Below are positions 19,043 to 29,220 of a DNA stretch of 64,000 bases, piece after piece. The stretch is from Staphylococcus phage vB_SauM-UFV_DC4. The translations under genes and the position numbers were made by a program. The notes below the pieces were generated by a model. It saw only the letters and a list, made by a program, of their open reading frames with translations. It was not told the DNA's origin and did no database searches. The stretch's first letter is position 1, and each line of letters opens with the position of its first letter. The stretch lies in the sequence record MZ779063.1; one strand, written 5' to 3'.

Positions 19043-20713
19043 TTATTCTGTAGCTTCTTCTTCTGGAGATTCTTCTACTTGTGAAGTAGAAATATTAATA
19101 TTAATATCTTTACTTATACTGTCAGAAATAACATTAACTTTAGCAGTTCCTGCAGCTTTAGCAGTCACGAGTCCATCGTTATTAACTGAAGCAAATTCAG
19201 AACCTTCAGTAATAGAATAACTTACAGGGTTTCCTTTAGGATCTGTAGTTACATTTAATTGTTGAGTTTCATTGTCTTTCATATCAATACTATCAGGAGT
19301 AACTGTTAGACTTTTAGTCTTTACTCTAGTTACATTAACATTAACTGTCTTACTAATAGAATCAGAACTTACTTTAACTTTAGCAGTTCCTACAGTTTTA
19401 GCAGTTACAAGACCACTATCATTAACTGAAGCAAATTCAGATCCTTCAGTAATAGAATAACTTACATTGTTTGTAGATGGTTGAATTTTAACGTCTAACT
19501 GTTGAGTTGATTCTGCATCTATGTTAACTTCTTCTGGAGTAACAGTTAGACTTTTAGTCTTTAAACGACTTACATTAACTTCTACATTTTTAGAAACATT
19601 GTCTGATTTAACTGTCACATTTGCAGTTCCTTCAGAAATACCAGTAATATTTCCTTTATTATCTAATGAAGCAAATTCAGAACCGTCTTTTAATTCAAAG
19701 CTTACTTTTCTTCCTTCAGGTTCAGTAGTAACTTCTAATTTTTGAGTTTCTTCTGCTTCAATATTAACTGTCTCTGGAGTAACAGTTAAGCTTTTAGTTT
19801 GATTGATACTTTCAAATTTTCCGTTTTTAGGATTATAAACGGAATATTCAATTTTTTTATCAATTTCGTTTTGTACTGTTTCTTCACTTAATATGCGAAT
19901 ATTGAAATTAACAATATTATCTTGAATACTTCTCTCATGTACTTTAACTAAGACTTCACCAGTTTTACTAAAGAATAATAAACGATTTTTATCTGATTGG
20001 TATCTAGCATAACTTTCATCACTAATATTTACAGATAATAATTGTAAAAGGTTTTCTTTAGCTACAGGAGTAACTTCTTTAGTATCGAAATCTTTATAAC
20101 CTAAGATTTTATCTAAAGGTAAAACAGATTCTTTAAGAACGTTAATATCTTGTTGTAATTGAACAAGACGTCCTGTAAATTTACCGTATTCTTTAACTTT
20201 AATAAAGATTGAATCTTTAACACGTTCAAAGATATTTTTATGTCCTTCAGAAATAGCAATATCATACTTTTCTGAAGCATCTTTAGGGAAGTATAATTTA
20301 AGTTCATATTCTTCATTAACTTCTAAATCAGAAGTAGGTAAACTTAAAATTTCAGATTTAACATCTTTAGCAGTATAAGTTTTAACTACAGACTTATCTG
20401 AAAGTTTGATTAAGTCAAATTTTAATAATCCCAATACATCACGAGCATCTACAGGATTAATATAGAAAGGTACATTAATAAACTTACCAGTTTCTCCTTC
20501 AGATTTGAAGTAAACTGTTCTTCTATCATATTTAATTTTACCAGTTTCAGGAAGAGGTTGAACATCAGTAACAGTCCAACCAGCTTGTTTTAAGCTAGCT
20601 AGATCATTACTAGAAAGAATAACGTTTTCACGAGGTCCACGTTCACCTAAACCTAAAAATGGAATTAATTTTTCATCTAATAATTTTACTTTAAAGTAGT
20701 TAGTAGTAGCCAT
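19043..20713 (-). CDS. Virion-associated protein with three tandem C-terminal bacterial Ig-like (Big_2-type) domains
   Basis: Three repeats of about 90 aa: KTKSLTVTPExVNIxAExTQQLxV...SYSITEGSEFASVNxxGLVTAKxxGTAKVxVxSDSISKxVNVNV. The N-terminal ~370 aa is unassigned. Confidence 0.6.
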   Translation of the reverse strand: MATTNYFKVKLLDEKLIPFLGLGERGPRENVILSSNDLASLKQAGWTVTDVQPLPETGKIKYDRRTVYFKSEGETGKFINVPFYINPVDARDVLGLLKFDLIKLSDKSVVKTYTAKDVKSEILSLPTSDLEVNEEYELKLYFPKDASEKYDIAISEGHKNIFERVKDSIFIKVKEYGKFTGRLVQLQQDINVLKESVLPLDKILGYKDFDTKEVTPVAKENLLQLLSVNISDESYARYQSDKNRLLFFSKTGEVLVKVHERSIQDNIVNFNIRILSEETVQNEIDKKIEYSVYNPKNGKFESINQTKSLTVTPETVNIEAEETQKLEVTTEPEGRKVSFELKDGSEFASLDNKGNITGISEGTANVTVKSDNVSKNVEVNVSRLKTKSLTVTPEEVNIDAESTQQLDVKIQPSTNNVSYSITEGSEFASVNDSGLVTAKTVGTAKVKVSSDSISKTVNVNVTRVKTKSLTVTPDSIDMKDNETQQLNVTTDPKGNPVSYSITEGSEFASVNNDGLVTAKAAGTAKVNVISDSISKDININISTSQVEESPEEEATE

Positions 20714-20736
20714 TCTTAGAATTCACTTTCCTTTCT

Positions 20737-21288
20737 TTATTTTTCTAATAGTAAATCAATTAAATCTTGTTTACGAGCATTTTTATTATACTCAATTCCT
20801 TTAGAATCTAATTCTTCTTTAAGCTCAGCTACAGTGAATTCATTTAAATCTTCTTCTGTAACCTCAACTTCTTCAGAATCTTTTTCTTCTACTTTCTTAT
20901 CTTCTTTTTCATCGATAGTAGAAGCTTCTTCTTCAGAACTTTGTTCTTCTTTAGTTTCTTCTTTTACTTCGTCTGATACTTCGCTATCTGTTCCTTCATC
21001 CACTTGCTTCTCTTTGCTGCTGCTTTGTTTTTCTTGTGATTGCGTATCATTTGATTCAGAAACTGTTTCATTTTTATCTTCACTTTTATCTTCTTTTTTA
21101 TTTGATTTATCGCTTGGATATACATAGTCTTCATCAACAATTGTTACTTGTAAACCTAAACGTCTAAATAAACGAATTTGTGAACCTGAAGCACGGAAAG
21201 GTTTAACAAAAGGACCTTTACCTTTACCAGGTACAAATGCTTTTTCATTAATAATAATGAAATTATTATCTTCATTGAAATTTAACAT
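20737..21288 (-). CDS. Acidic Lys/Glu-rich protein with an N-terminal PGKGKGP module and a C-terminal SAP/HeH (Rho-N-like) helix-extended-helix motif
   Basis: N-terminus IIINEKAFVPGKGKGPFVKPFR resembles the tail fibre N-terminus; C-terminus FTVAELKEELDSKGIEYNKNARKQDLIDLLLEK. Confidence 0.55.
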   Translation of the reverse strand: MLNFNEDNNFIIINEKAFVPGKGKGPFVKPFRASGSQIRLFRRLGLQVTIVDEDYVYPSDKSNKKEDKSEDKNETVSESNDTQSQEKQSSSKEKQVDEGTDSEVSDEVKEETKEEQSSEEEASTIDEKEDKKVEEKDSEEVEVTEEDLNEFTVAELKEELDSKGIEYNKNARKQDLIDLLLEK

Positions 21289-21360
21289 AAATTAGTAATC
21301 TCCTTTACCATATTTTATTTTATAAATAAAAGTTAAGGAAGGATCTTATAAAAATCCTTC

Positions 21361-22158
21361 TTAACTAAATGTTCCCCATGCGTTACCAATACGTTGTCCT
21401 TTACCATTTGATTTACCAATTGGCACGTATACATATTGTCCCTTAAATTTACCTGAAACCCAGATAAGACCATCAAAGTCTTGGATTTCTTCGTATTTAA
21501 TAGAGTCGCCTTTTTTCATGAATGGACCTGTAGGCCATCCAGTCCATGGACCATTTTTACGAGTAATAATTCCTGAAGCAACATTACATTTGAAAGTAGC
21601 TTTTTCAGTTTTCCATAGAATACCTGCTGAATTACGTTTCCATTTAGCAGATGTAACAGCTTTCTTAGGAGCTGCTTTCTTAACTACTTTTTTCTTAGGA
21701 GCTGCTTTCTTAGTAGTTGCTTTTTTAGTAGCTGTACTACTAAAGGCTGGACGAATTACTCCCCAAAATCCTGTATAATCATGGAATACTTTAGCTGCAG
21801 GTGAACCATTGCTACCTGCGTTAAACCAGTTTTGGTCAACTGAATAGAAATTGTTTAAGTTAGCTGAAGTAATAATACCTGTATGACCATAAACATCATA
21901 TGGAGGATTAGCCCAAATAGCTATATCTCCTGGTTGAGGTAAGAATGATGGAGTATTTTTAATAAGTTTCCATCCTGAAGGCATTGTATTATCTTTAAGA
22001 TCTTTAGCATTACCCCAAGGCCAGAATTTTCCATCAGTTAAATAGTGACAATAACCAATAGTCAAATCCATACATTGAGCACCATAAGCTCCATCCATGT
22101 CAAGTCTACGACCAATACGATTATTAACCCAATTCAAAGCTTGAGTTTTAGTTTTCAT
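21361..22158 (-). CDS. Peptidoglycan hydrolase: CHAP-domain endopeptidase/amidase with a C-terminal SH3b (SH3_5) cell-wall-binding domain
   Basis: CHAP catalytic Cys in YGAQCMDL and His in YGHTGII. Lys/Ala/Thr-rich linker. C-terminal SH3b WKRNSAGILWKTEKATFKC...GKFKGQYVYVPIGKSNGKGQRIGNAWGTFS is nearly identical to the C-terminus of ORF 22324..23274. Confidence 0.8.
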   Translation of the reverse strand: MKTKTQALNWVNNRIGRRLDMDGAYGAQCMDLTIGYCHYLTDGKFWPWGNAKDLKDNTMPSGWKLIKNTPSFLPQPGDIAIWANPPYDVYGHTGIITSANLNNFYSVDQNWFNAGSNGSPAAKVFHDYTGFWGVIRPAFSSTATKKATTKKAAPKKKVVKKAAPKKAVTSAKWKRNSAGILWKTEKATFKCNVASGIITRKNGPWTGWPTGPFMKKGDSIKYEEIQDFDGLIWVSGKFKGQYVYVPIGKSNGKGQRIGNAWGTFS

Positions 22159-22254
22159 ATTTTATTCAAACCCTTTCGATAATTTTTATTTATTTCTTTA
22201 TATTTAGTTGTTCTTTTATAAAAATAATATGTTTCATAATAGTATAAAAATATA

Positions 22255-22290
22255 TACCCTAACGAATCTTTAATATGATCGTTAGGGTAT
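22255..22290 (-). terminator. Terminator hairpin ACCCTAACGA...TCGTTAGGGT downstream of the amidase gene
   Basis: 10-bp inverted repeat in the 165-bp gap between the two lysin genes. Confidence 0.5.
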
Positions 22291-22323
22291 ATAAAATTAT
22301 AATTTAAATTATAGAATCATTTA

Positions 22324-23274
22324 TTAGCTAAATGTTCCCCATGCTGGACCAATACGTTTACCGTTACCATTTGATTTACCCACTGGTACGTATACATATT
22401 GTCCCTTAAATTTACCTGAAACCCAAATATATCCGTTAAAATCTTGGATTTCATCATATTTAATAGTGTCACCTTTAGACATACGAGGACCTTGAGGCCA
22501 TCCAGTCCATGGACCATTTTTACGAGTAATAATTCCTACAGATACACCACATTTGAAAGTAGCTTTTTCAGTTTTCCATAGAATACCTGCTGAATTACGT
22601 TTCCAAGTAGTTGAAGTTTCAGTACTTGTTTTCTTAGGTTTAGCAGGTGCTTTAGTTGTAGTAGTAGATTTAGTCGCTGTTGAAGTTTTAGCTGTAGAAG
22701 TAGCACCATTTTTCATATAAGCTAGAACCTTTTTATCTACATTAGAAACACTACGAGACATACCGCATGCAGCTAATAAGTTACCTGGATCTTGTTTGTC
22801 TGCTTGAATATCTTGATGACCTGGCATATTTGTACTTGCATTAACTTTATATTCTTTACATAAGAAAGCAAGAATACGACAATAGTTATCAAATGATTTT
22901 AATGAACGACTTCTATTAGAGAAGTAACATCCTTCAACACCAATAGCACCGTCATTAGCATCAATACCATACCAAGCATTATCAGTTGGTGTATTATACA
23001 TAACATGCCATGCTTTTTCATCTAAAGGAACACAAATAATACATTCTTTATCATCAACAAAAATATGAGCTGATGCTGTATAGTTCCAATCGATATTATA
23101 TGAATTACGATAGTAATCAACATTATTTTGAGCTGTTGTGTTAGGGTTTCCTGTGTCATGAGCAACAATAAATTTAGGTCCGTTAAGCTTATCTCCAGCT
23201 CTACGAGTACCTATTGGTAAAAAATCAGTATAAACAGGAACACCGTTCCATGTACCGATATGTTTTTTAGCCAT
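22324..23274 (-). CDS. Peptidoglycan hydrolase: N-acetylmuramoyl-L-alanine amidase (amidase_2/PGRP fold) with a C-terminal SH3b domain
   Basis: FIVAHDTGNP...AHIFVDDKECIICVP...W matches the amidase_2 zinc-site layout; C-terminal SH3b shared with the CHAP lysin; AGGAGG RBS. Confidence 0.8.
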   Translation of the reverse strand: MAKKHIGTWNGVPVYTDFLPIGTRRAGDKLNGPKFIVAHDTGNPNTTAQNNVDYYRNSYNIDWNYTASAHIFVDDKECIICVPLDEKAWHVMYNTPTDNAWYGIDANDGAIGVEGCYFSNRSRSLKSFDNYCRILAFLCKEYKVNASTNMPGHQDIQADKQDPGNLLAACGMSRSVSNVDKKVLAYMKNGATSTAKTSTATKSTTTTKAPAKPKKTSTETSTTWKRNSAGILWKTEKATFKCGVSVGIITRKNGPWTGWPQGPRMSKGDTIKYDEIQDFNGYIWVSGKFKGQYVYVPVGKSNGNGKRIGPAWGTFS

Positions 23275-23342
23275 AAAAAATTTCCTCCTTGATATTTATA
23301 TTACTAATTAAAGTAATTTCTATATTTAAGTGTTCTATATTT

Positions 23343-25691
23343 TTAATACTTGATTTCTGTAGATACGATTAATTTATTTTGATATCTTCCACCTCTAGTA
23401 TAAACTTTACTATCAGCGTCACCTACATTAATACTATTTTCAGATCCATAACCTATACATTCATCTAAGAATAAATTACCTCCTGATGAAGCTTGGAAGT
23501 CTTTTCCTTGATAACTTTCAAATGCGATACATCCTAAATTCCACGATTGTGTACCTTCATTTACATCAGCTACATTACCTCCATCATTTCTTCCATATAT
23601 ACCATTTATTCTAATGATTTTTAAACCTTCATGAGTAGTTGATCCGTTATTTGATTTAACGCCATTCAATCCTTTATCAGTTCCATTATCCATTCCTATA
23701 CAATTAATTTCTATTATATTAGGTTTAGAACCATCAGCTCCAATATGGTAATTTAAACCGTCAAAACTATTATAATTACCTTTACAGCTATCAAGAATAA
23801 TATCTTTTCCACCAACAATAGCAAGACCATTGTAATTTGAAGCAGAATGATAAAAATTACATTTCTTAAAGAATGCACTATTATTTGAAGTTAAATTCAA
23901 TTCAACACAGTTTCTTCCACCATATATATTTAAATTTTCAAAATATATATTCGAAGCTAGACTTGTTAACTGTATATTTGAAGAAGATATTAAAGGTATT
24001 ACATTACTATTTGAAGGTTTATTATCATTAATATTTGAATAAACTTTAGTACCATCAGTAAACCATGAATTAGGCGTGCTTTCAACTTCATCAATACTAT
24101 TTACTTTCTTTATATCAATACTATTATCTAGAGTTACAACTTTATCGGTAGAAGATCTACTAAATTCATAAGTTCTATTTTTATCAGAAGTTAGTGTCCA
24201 TGAAGGTTCATCAGCCATAATAATATTCACATTATTACCTGTACCTATTATATTAATACTCTTATTAAATGCTTTTGTAATTAATGTACCGCCTATTCTA
24301 AAATAGTTACCATCAGCAACCATAATTGTATCATTATCATTGACTTTAGGTATTGCTACTTTAAAAGATTTAAATGGTTTTTCATTAGATAAACCGTCAT
24401 TAGAATCATTGCCATTAACAGAATCTAAATAGTAGGTAGTTCCACCTGTAAGTCTATTAACGGTTATATCATATTTTACATCAAAAGTGCCTTTTCCATC
24501 AGTAACAATTCTATTTTTTAATATTTCATTACCATAATTGAAATCATTAGGTTTTCTAACTGTTATTGGAAGTGTAGGTGCATAATTACCATCAAGACCG
24601 GGTAAACCTTGTAGACCTTGACTTCCAATTTGTCCAGTATCCCCTTTTTCACCTTTTAATCCATTTAACTGTTCTTCAGTAAAATCAGAGTACTCGAAAG
24701 GATTTCCTTTTTCACCTTTTAATAGATCTAATTGTTCTTGAGTAAAATCAGAATATTCAAAAGGGTCACCTTTTTCACCTTTTAACTCAGATAACTGTTC
24801 TTGAGTAAAATCAGAGTACTCGAAAGGATCTCCTTTTAATCCATTTAACTGCTCTTCAGTAAAATCAGAGTATTTGAAGGGGTCGCCTTTAGGACCTTGC
24901 ATACCTGGATCACCTTTATACATCTCAGCATTTTCTACCATGTAATTCTTAAGATTTTCTTTATAATCTAATAATTTATTTTCAAAATCTTCTATTTTAC
25001 TGTTAAATGAATCTTGTGCTAATTTTAATTCTTCAGATTTATCTTTTATGAGATTTAATTTTTCTTCAACTTTAACTACATCATTTTCCATATTCTTAAC
25101 ATAGTTTGTAGTCTCACTAAGTTTTTCCATTTCATCATTAAGACTCATTGTATTGTTATAATTACTATTGAATTGTTCTCTTACAGTTTCAAAATCAGAT
25201 AGAGTATTTTTCATATTACTCAATTTGTTATTCATATCTTCTATTGTTGAAATTACTTCTTCTTTTTCAGATTTTAAATCTAATTTTTTATCTTCAATAC
25301 TATATTTAAAACTATCTAGCTCACTCAAATATGAATTAAGATTATCATCATCAATTAAATTTTCTTTGATTAAGTTAAGTTTTTCTCCTGCTTTTTCATT
25401 AATATTATTTATATCAGTAGATATTATTTTTATTTGTTTAAAAGCTTCATTCACTTGAAGATATTTCTGTTTTATAAAATCTTCAATAGAGAAATAATCA
25501 GCTACGTCATATTCTCCATCTGAATTTAAATCAACATATTCATTTTTATTTACCTTTACATATTGAATATTCATTAAATCATAATAATCTAATGTATTTC
25601 TATCAACATAATAAGGTTTATTTATAGGTCCCATACCTTTACCTGGAATATAAGTTTTTTGAGGAACTATAATTAGTATACTATCTTCCAT
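23343..25691 (-). CDS. Tail fibre/receptor-binding protein with an N-terminal PGKGMGP module, a coiled coil, collagen-like G-x-y repeats interrupted by four FEYSDFTxEQL units, and a C-terminal right-handed beta-helix (pectate-lyase-like) domain
   Basis: [12 protein letters not shown]...[15 protein letters not shown] (x4)...[22 protein letters not shown]; the C-terminal region is rich in N/G/S/T short repeats typical of beta-helix fibres. Confidence 0.7.
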   Translation of the reverse strand: MEDSILIIVPQKTYIPGKGMGPINKPYYVDRNTLDYYDLMNIQYVKVNKNEYVDLNSDGEYDVADYFSIEDFIKQKYLQVNEAFKQIKIISTDINNINEKAGEKLNLIKENLIDDDNLNSYLSELDSFKYSIEDKKLDLKSEKEEVISTIEDMNNKLSNMKNTLSDFETVREQFNSNYNNTMSLNDEMEKLSETTNYVKNMENDVVKVEEKLNLIKDKSEELKLAQDSFNSKIEDFENKLLDYKENLKNYMVENAEMYKGDPGMQGPKGDPFKYSDFTEEQLNGLKGDPFEYSDFTQEQLSELKGEKGDPFEYSDFTQEQLDLLKGEKGNPFEYSDFTEEQLNGLKGEKGDTGQIGSQGLQGLPGLDGNYAPTLPITVRKPNDFNYGNEILKNRIVTDGKGTFDVKYDITVNRLTGGTTYYLDSVNGNDSNDGLSNEKPFKSFKVAIPKVNDNDTIMVADGNYFRIGGTLITKAFNKSINIIGTGNNVNIIMADEPSWTLTSDKNRTYEFSRSSTDKVVTLDNSIDIKKVNSIDEVESTPNSWFTDGTKVYSNINDNKPSNSNVIPLISSSNIQLTSLASNIYFENLNIYGGRNCVELNLTSNNSAFFKKCNFYHSASNYNGLAIVGGKDIILDSCKGNYNSFDGLNYHIGADGSKPNIIEINCIGMDNGTDKGLNGVKSNNGSTTHEGLKIIRINGIYGRNDGGNVADVNEGTQSWNLGCIAFESYQGKDFQASSGGNLFLDECIGYGSENSINVGDADSKVYTRGGRYQNKLIVSTEIKY

Positions 25692-25726
25692 ACTATATTT
25701 CCACTCCTTTAAATTTGATCTGTAAA

Positions 25727-25809
25727 ATCCCCCTAATATATTTTTAAATCGATGATTATTCTATTCTTATAATTATTGGCTCATCGTTTAAAGTTATATA
25801 TTAGGGGAA
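25727..25809. repeat. Long-range inverted repeat TCCCCCTAATATAT ... ATATATTAGGGGA enclosing about 56 nt, between the 641-aa gene end and the tail fibre gene start
   Basis: 12-13 bp perfect arms read directly. Confidence 0.5.
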
Positions 25810-25870
25810 CTAATTTTAGTCGAAAAAACTAACGAAAATTAATTTTTATTATATAATAATGTTATAAATT

Positions 25871-27796
25871 TTAACCATTAATAATTTTAAAAATATTTTC
25901 GTTTAATAAATCTCTTTCTAATCTACTTTCTTCAGAAAGTTTTTCCATTAATTCTTCTTCTGTATATTTATCAAAAGATACAGAATTATATCCATTAATA
26001 GAAATAGAAGATTCATTAACTTGAATTGATTTATTTACATTTAGATCATTAATGCTTTCTTCTAAGAATTTTTTAAGGCGTGTTTCATCTTTATTAGGTA
26101 CATTTTCATAAGCTTCAAACACTATATCTTCATAGTATTCTTCTAATGATTCTTCAAAACCTTCATAAAGTGAATCATCTTTATTTTTTAATTGGAAATT
26201 AATATTTTCTTCTAGTAATTCTAAATTAACTTCTTCAGATAATCTTTCTTTAACATCTTCGTTAACTTCATCTAAAGGATTAAGATAGTTTTCTAATAAA
26301 CCTGATTCTGATTCATTATTAACACGTTGAATTGTATTCATATTGAATTCTTTTTCTAAGTTTTCTAAAGTTATTTCATTATCTGTATAAAATTCTTTAA
26401 GAACTTTATTTACTTTAGGTTCAACTACAATAACTTTCTTAAATCCTAAACCGAAATCAACTTTATCAACTAATAATGAAGAAGGATTATATACTTTAGG
26501 AACTTCATCCATATAAGATTCTTTACTAATAACGATATCAACACGTTTACCTAAAGATTCAGATAAAGCATTTGTATATCTAATTAAGTCTTTAATTGTG
26601 TAAGTTTCATTAACTTCTTCTTCATTAATAACTTTAGTTTTAAATTCAATATCAGTAGATCCACAATTTTCACATACTAATTCTTCTTCATTAACGTTAG
26701 GATCAACTGTTTCTTGAACTCCACATTCGTTACAAATTACTTCTCCAACTTCTTTAGAAGTTTTTAAAGCTTCTTCAAGTTCTCCATTACAATTTTCACA
26801 TACTAATTCATTTGATTCATTCATTGTTAGATTGCTTCCACAATTTTCACAAACAGCTTTTCCATTTTCAATTTTACCAGTTTCACTTAAAATACGTCTA
26901 ACAGTTTCAATTGATTCATTAGTAACAAAAATTTGTTTTTCATTTTCGTTCTCTAATTTAAATGTATTTAATAGAGTTTCATGAATTTTCTCTGCATGAT
27001 TTTTAAATGATTTAACTACAGCAAAATCAGAATCTTCTCTCATATATACGTATGGGAAAGCTTGATTATTTTTATCATCAACATAATTTTCATTAGCAAT
27101 TATATTTTGTTTTTCAGTATTAACTTCTTTAGATTCTGGAGTACCTATAGCATATCCTACTTCAGCAGGAGTGTCTAATATTCCATTTTTTAAATCTACA
27201 AAAGTAAATTCAGGAACTGGATCTTTATCGTATAAATAAGTTTCAGTAACTGCTCCTCCAACACTTGGAGAACCATTTGCAGCAGACAAACCTCCATCAC
27301 TAACAGAACTTGCATTGGTATTTGCATTAGAAGTACTTACTGAATAAGTCGCATGTGGACCAAAAGTAGTAGGAACCATCATTTGAGAATCTAAGAATTT
27401 AGCTCTTAATTCAGAATATCCTGGTTGTTTCTTATCTTCATCATCGTCTTCTTTTTCATCTTCGAATAAATAATCTTCTTCAACAGAAATTTCAGGATCT
27501 GAATTAGCTACATCAGTAATGATAACTTCATCTTTATCAGCCACGATTGGTTGATCGTAATCAGGATGATCCGAATCAATTACTTGAACATCATCTTCAT
27601 CTTCAGCATCTTCAATTTCATCAAGATCATCAGATTCCTCATCATCAATTTCTTCTTCATCTTCATTAATTATTTCGTTAAACATTTCTTCTAATTCTTC
27701 ATCATCTTCAGGAATGTCACGTTTTAATTCTTCATTTTCATCATCATTTAAATCATCTTCAAATAATAACATATCATTTTTATTTTCTTCAGACAT
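25871..27796 (-). CDS. Highly acidic protein with two C-x2-C-x13-C-x2-C zinc-ribbon motifs
   Basis: The N-terminal 120 aa are about 50% D/E; CENCGSNLTMNESNELVCENC and CNECGVQETVDPNVNEEELVCENCGS. Confidence 0.55.
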   Translation of the reverse strand: MSEENKNDMLLFEDDLNDDENEELKRDIPEDDEELEEMFNEIINEDEEEIDDEESDDLDEIEDAEDEDDVQVIDSDHPDYDQPIVADKDEVIITDVANSDPEISVEEDYLFEDEKEDDDEDKKQPGYSELRAKFLDSQMMVPTTFGPHATYSVSTSNANTNASSVSDGGLSAANGSPSVGGAVTETYLYDKDPVPEFTFVDLKNGILDTPAEVGYAIGTPESKEVNTEKQNIIANENYVDDKNNQAFPYVYMREDSDFAVVKSFKNHAEKIHETLLNTFKLENENEKQIFVTNESIETVRRILSETGKIENGKAVCENCGSNLTMNESNELVCENCNGELEEALKTSKEVGEVICNECGVQETVDPNVNEEELVCENCGSTDIEFKTKVINEEEVNETYTIKDLIRYTNALSESLGKRVDIVISKESYMDEVPKVYNPSSLLVDKVDFGLGFKKVIVVEPKVNKVLKEFYTDNEITLENLEKEFNMNTIQRVNNESESGLLENYLNPLDEVNEDVKERLSEEVNLELLEENINFQLKNKDDSLYEGFEESLEEYYEDIVFEAYENVPNKDETRLKKFLEESINDLNVNKSIQVNESSISINGYNSVSFDKYTEEELMEKLSEESRLERDLLNENIFKIING

Positions 27797-27816
27797 TTTT
27801 AAATATCCTCCTTAAA

Positions 27817-29085
27817 TTATTTTCTAAAAGTTCCTTCAATACTATCTTTAATAATAAATAATATACATGGAAGTAATACATAATCTTCCATATTCATATC
27901 ATATTTATCATCATAGTAATTAAACACTTTACTTAATATTTTTTCTTCTATCTTTTCATCATTCATATACATTGAGACTAATTTATATCTATCATCAAAG
28001 TAAGTTAAACTTTTAGTGCCTTGATAGTCTTCATTAACTTCATTGATCTTAGTTAAATTACTTAACTCTATAAAATCATTTAATCCATCTAATACTTTAG
28101 TATCTTCTATACTTTTATGAACGAAGCTTATTTCTTTATACTTCTCTCTAAACATTTTTAAGAAATTATCCTTAGTGTCGTTAAGAGTAATAACATTAGG
28201 TAAAGTCTTTTTATCCTTTAATTTTTCATATAGAGAGAATTTATAATTCTTTTGATTTATTCTTTCATTCTTAGGATTTTTATCTTTATAAGGTAATATA
28301 TTAGAAAGATAAGTACTAGATTTTACTAATAGATTATTGTCATAAATAAATCTGGATAAATTCAAATCAATATATTTAGTTGATGCGACTGCACTAAATT
28401 CATCTTCATAGTAAATAAAAGTATTTAATGAAGAATTATAGAAATGATCAATAAATATTTGTGAAAATTCATCAGCGTATTTAATGCTATGATTGACTTG
28501 ATAGAAATCTTCTTCTAGTATCAATGATTTATTATCTGTTCCAATATTGGAAAATACTGTTCTATATACGTTTGATACCTGATTTTCAATATCTTCTGTA
28601 TTAACATTAAAATTCTGATATTGTATTTTATAGTAAGCGGAATTCTCTAATGAACTCATTTCTACATTAGTTACACGATATATTCTACTAGTTGCATTTT
28701 CTTTAGACTGATATTGAAATACAATAAAATCATCTGGTAAAGGTTCAATAGTACCTGGCAATATAACTGCTTCAGATTCTAAATCTTTTTCAGTTCCCCA
28801 TTCCTCATCCCATTCAATTGTAGGATTCATTTCAGCTACATTATATAAAGGGAAGTCTTTTAATTTATTATATTTCAAAGGAGAATTATCTCCAATAATT
28901 TCTTCAACATTATCTAGTGAACGATCAGAAGTAGATTTCTCATGATCTTTACTATAGTATGTAACAAAACTAGGAGCTCCTGCTTGAAACTTACTATATT
29001 TTTCTGTACCGGATAAATATGAGGATACGTAACTATTTACAATATCTTTTGGTTGTAATTCATCATTTGATATAAATGTACCCAT
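27817..29085 (-). CDS. Hypothetical protein
   Basis: Long ORF; the upstream gene's stop is 20 nt away. Confidence 0.5.
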   Translation of the reverse strand: MGTFISNDELQPKDIVNSYVSSYLSGTEKYSKFQAGAPSFVTYYSKDHEKSTSDRSLDNVEEIIGDNSPLKYNKLKDFPLYNVAEMNPTIEWDEEWGTEKDLESEAVILPGTIEPLPDDFIVFQYQSKENATSRIYRVTNVEMSSLENSAYYKIQYQNFNVNTEDIENQVSNVYRTVFSNIGTDNKSLILEEDFYQVNHSIKYADEFSQIFIDHFYNSSLNTFIYYEDEFSAVASTKYIDLNLSRFIYDNNLLVKSSTYLSNILPYKDKNPKNERINQKNYKFSLYEKLKDKKTLPNVITLNDTKDNFLKMFREKYKEISFVHKSIEDTKVLDGLNDFIELSNLTKINEVNEDYQGTKSLTYFDDRYKLVSMYMNDEKIEEKILSKVFNYYDDKYDMNMEDYVLLPCILFIIKDSIEGTFRK

Positions 29086-29165
29086 ATATTCTCATTATCC
29101 TCACTTTCTTTATTAAATTTCGTATATGGTATTGTTATCTTTGAATTTTGTTTTAATATAATAAT

Positions 29166-29200
29166 CCCAATACCTTAATATTATATTAATAGGTATTGGG
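29166..29200. terminator. Hairpin CCCAATACCT-(15 nt)-AGGTATTGGG; member of a second conserved hairpin family
   Basis: 10-bp perfect stem; a second copy lies at 60151..60181. Confidence 0.55.
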
Positions 29201-29220
29201 ATAAAATATTTTATAAAAAA

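Noticed and set aside
19272-19745. Plus-strand ORFs 19272..19460 and 19521..19745 (62 and 74 aa)
   Set aside because: They lie antisense within the Big_2-repeat region of gene 19043..20713. They are low-complexity reverse-complement artefacts of the repeats, with no RBS.
23343-25691. Interpretation of the G-x-y repeats as a CRISPR-like or other DNA repeat array
   Set aside because: The repeats are in-frame, encode collagen-like triplets and FEYSDFT units, and lie inside a long ORF with a beta-helix C-terminus. This is protein-level periodicity, not a noncoding array.
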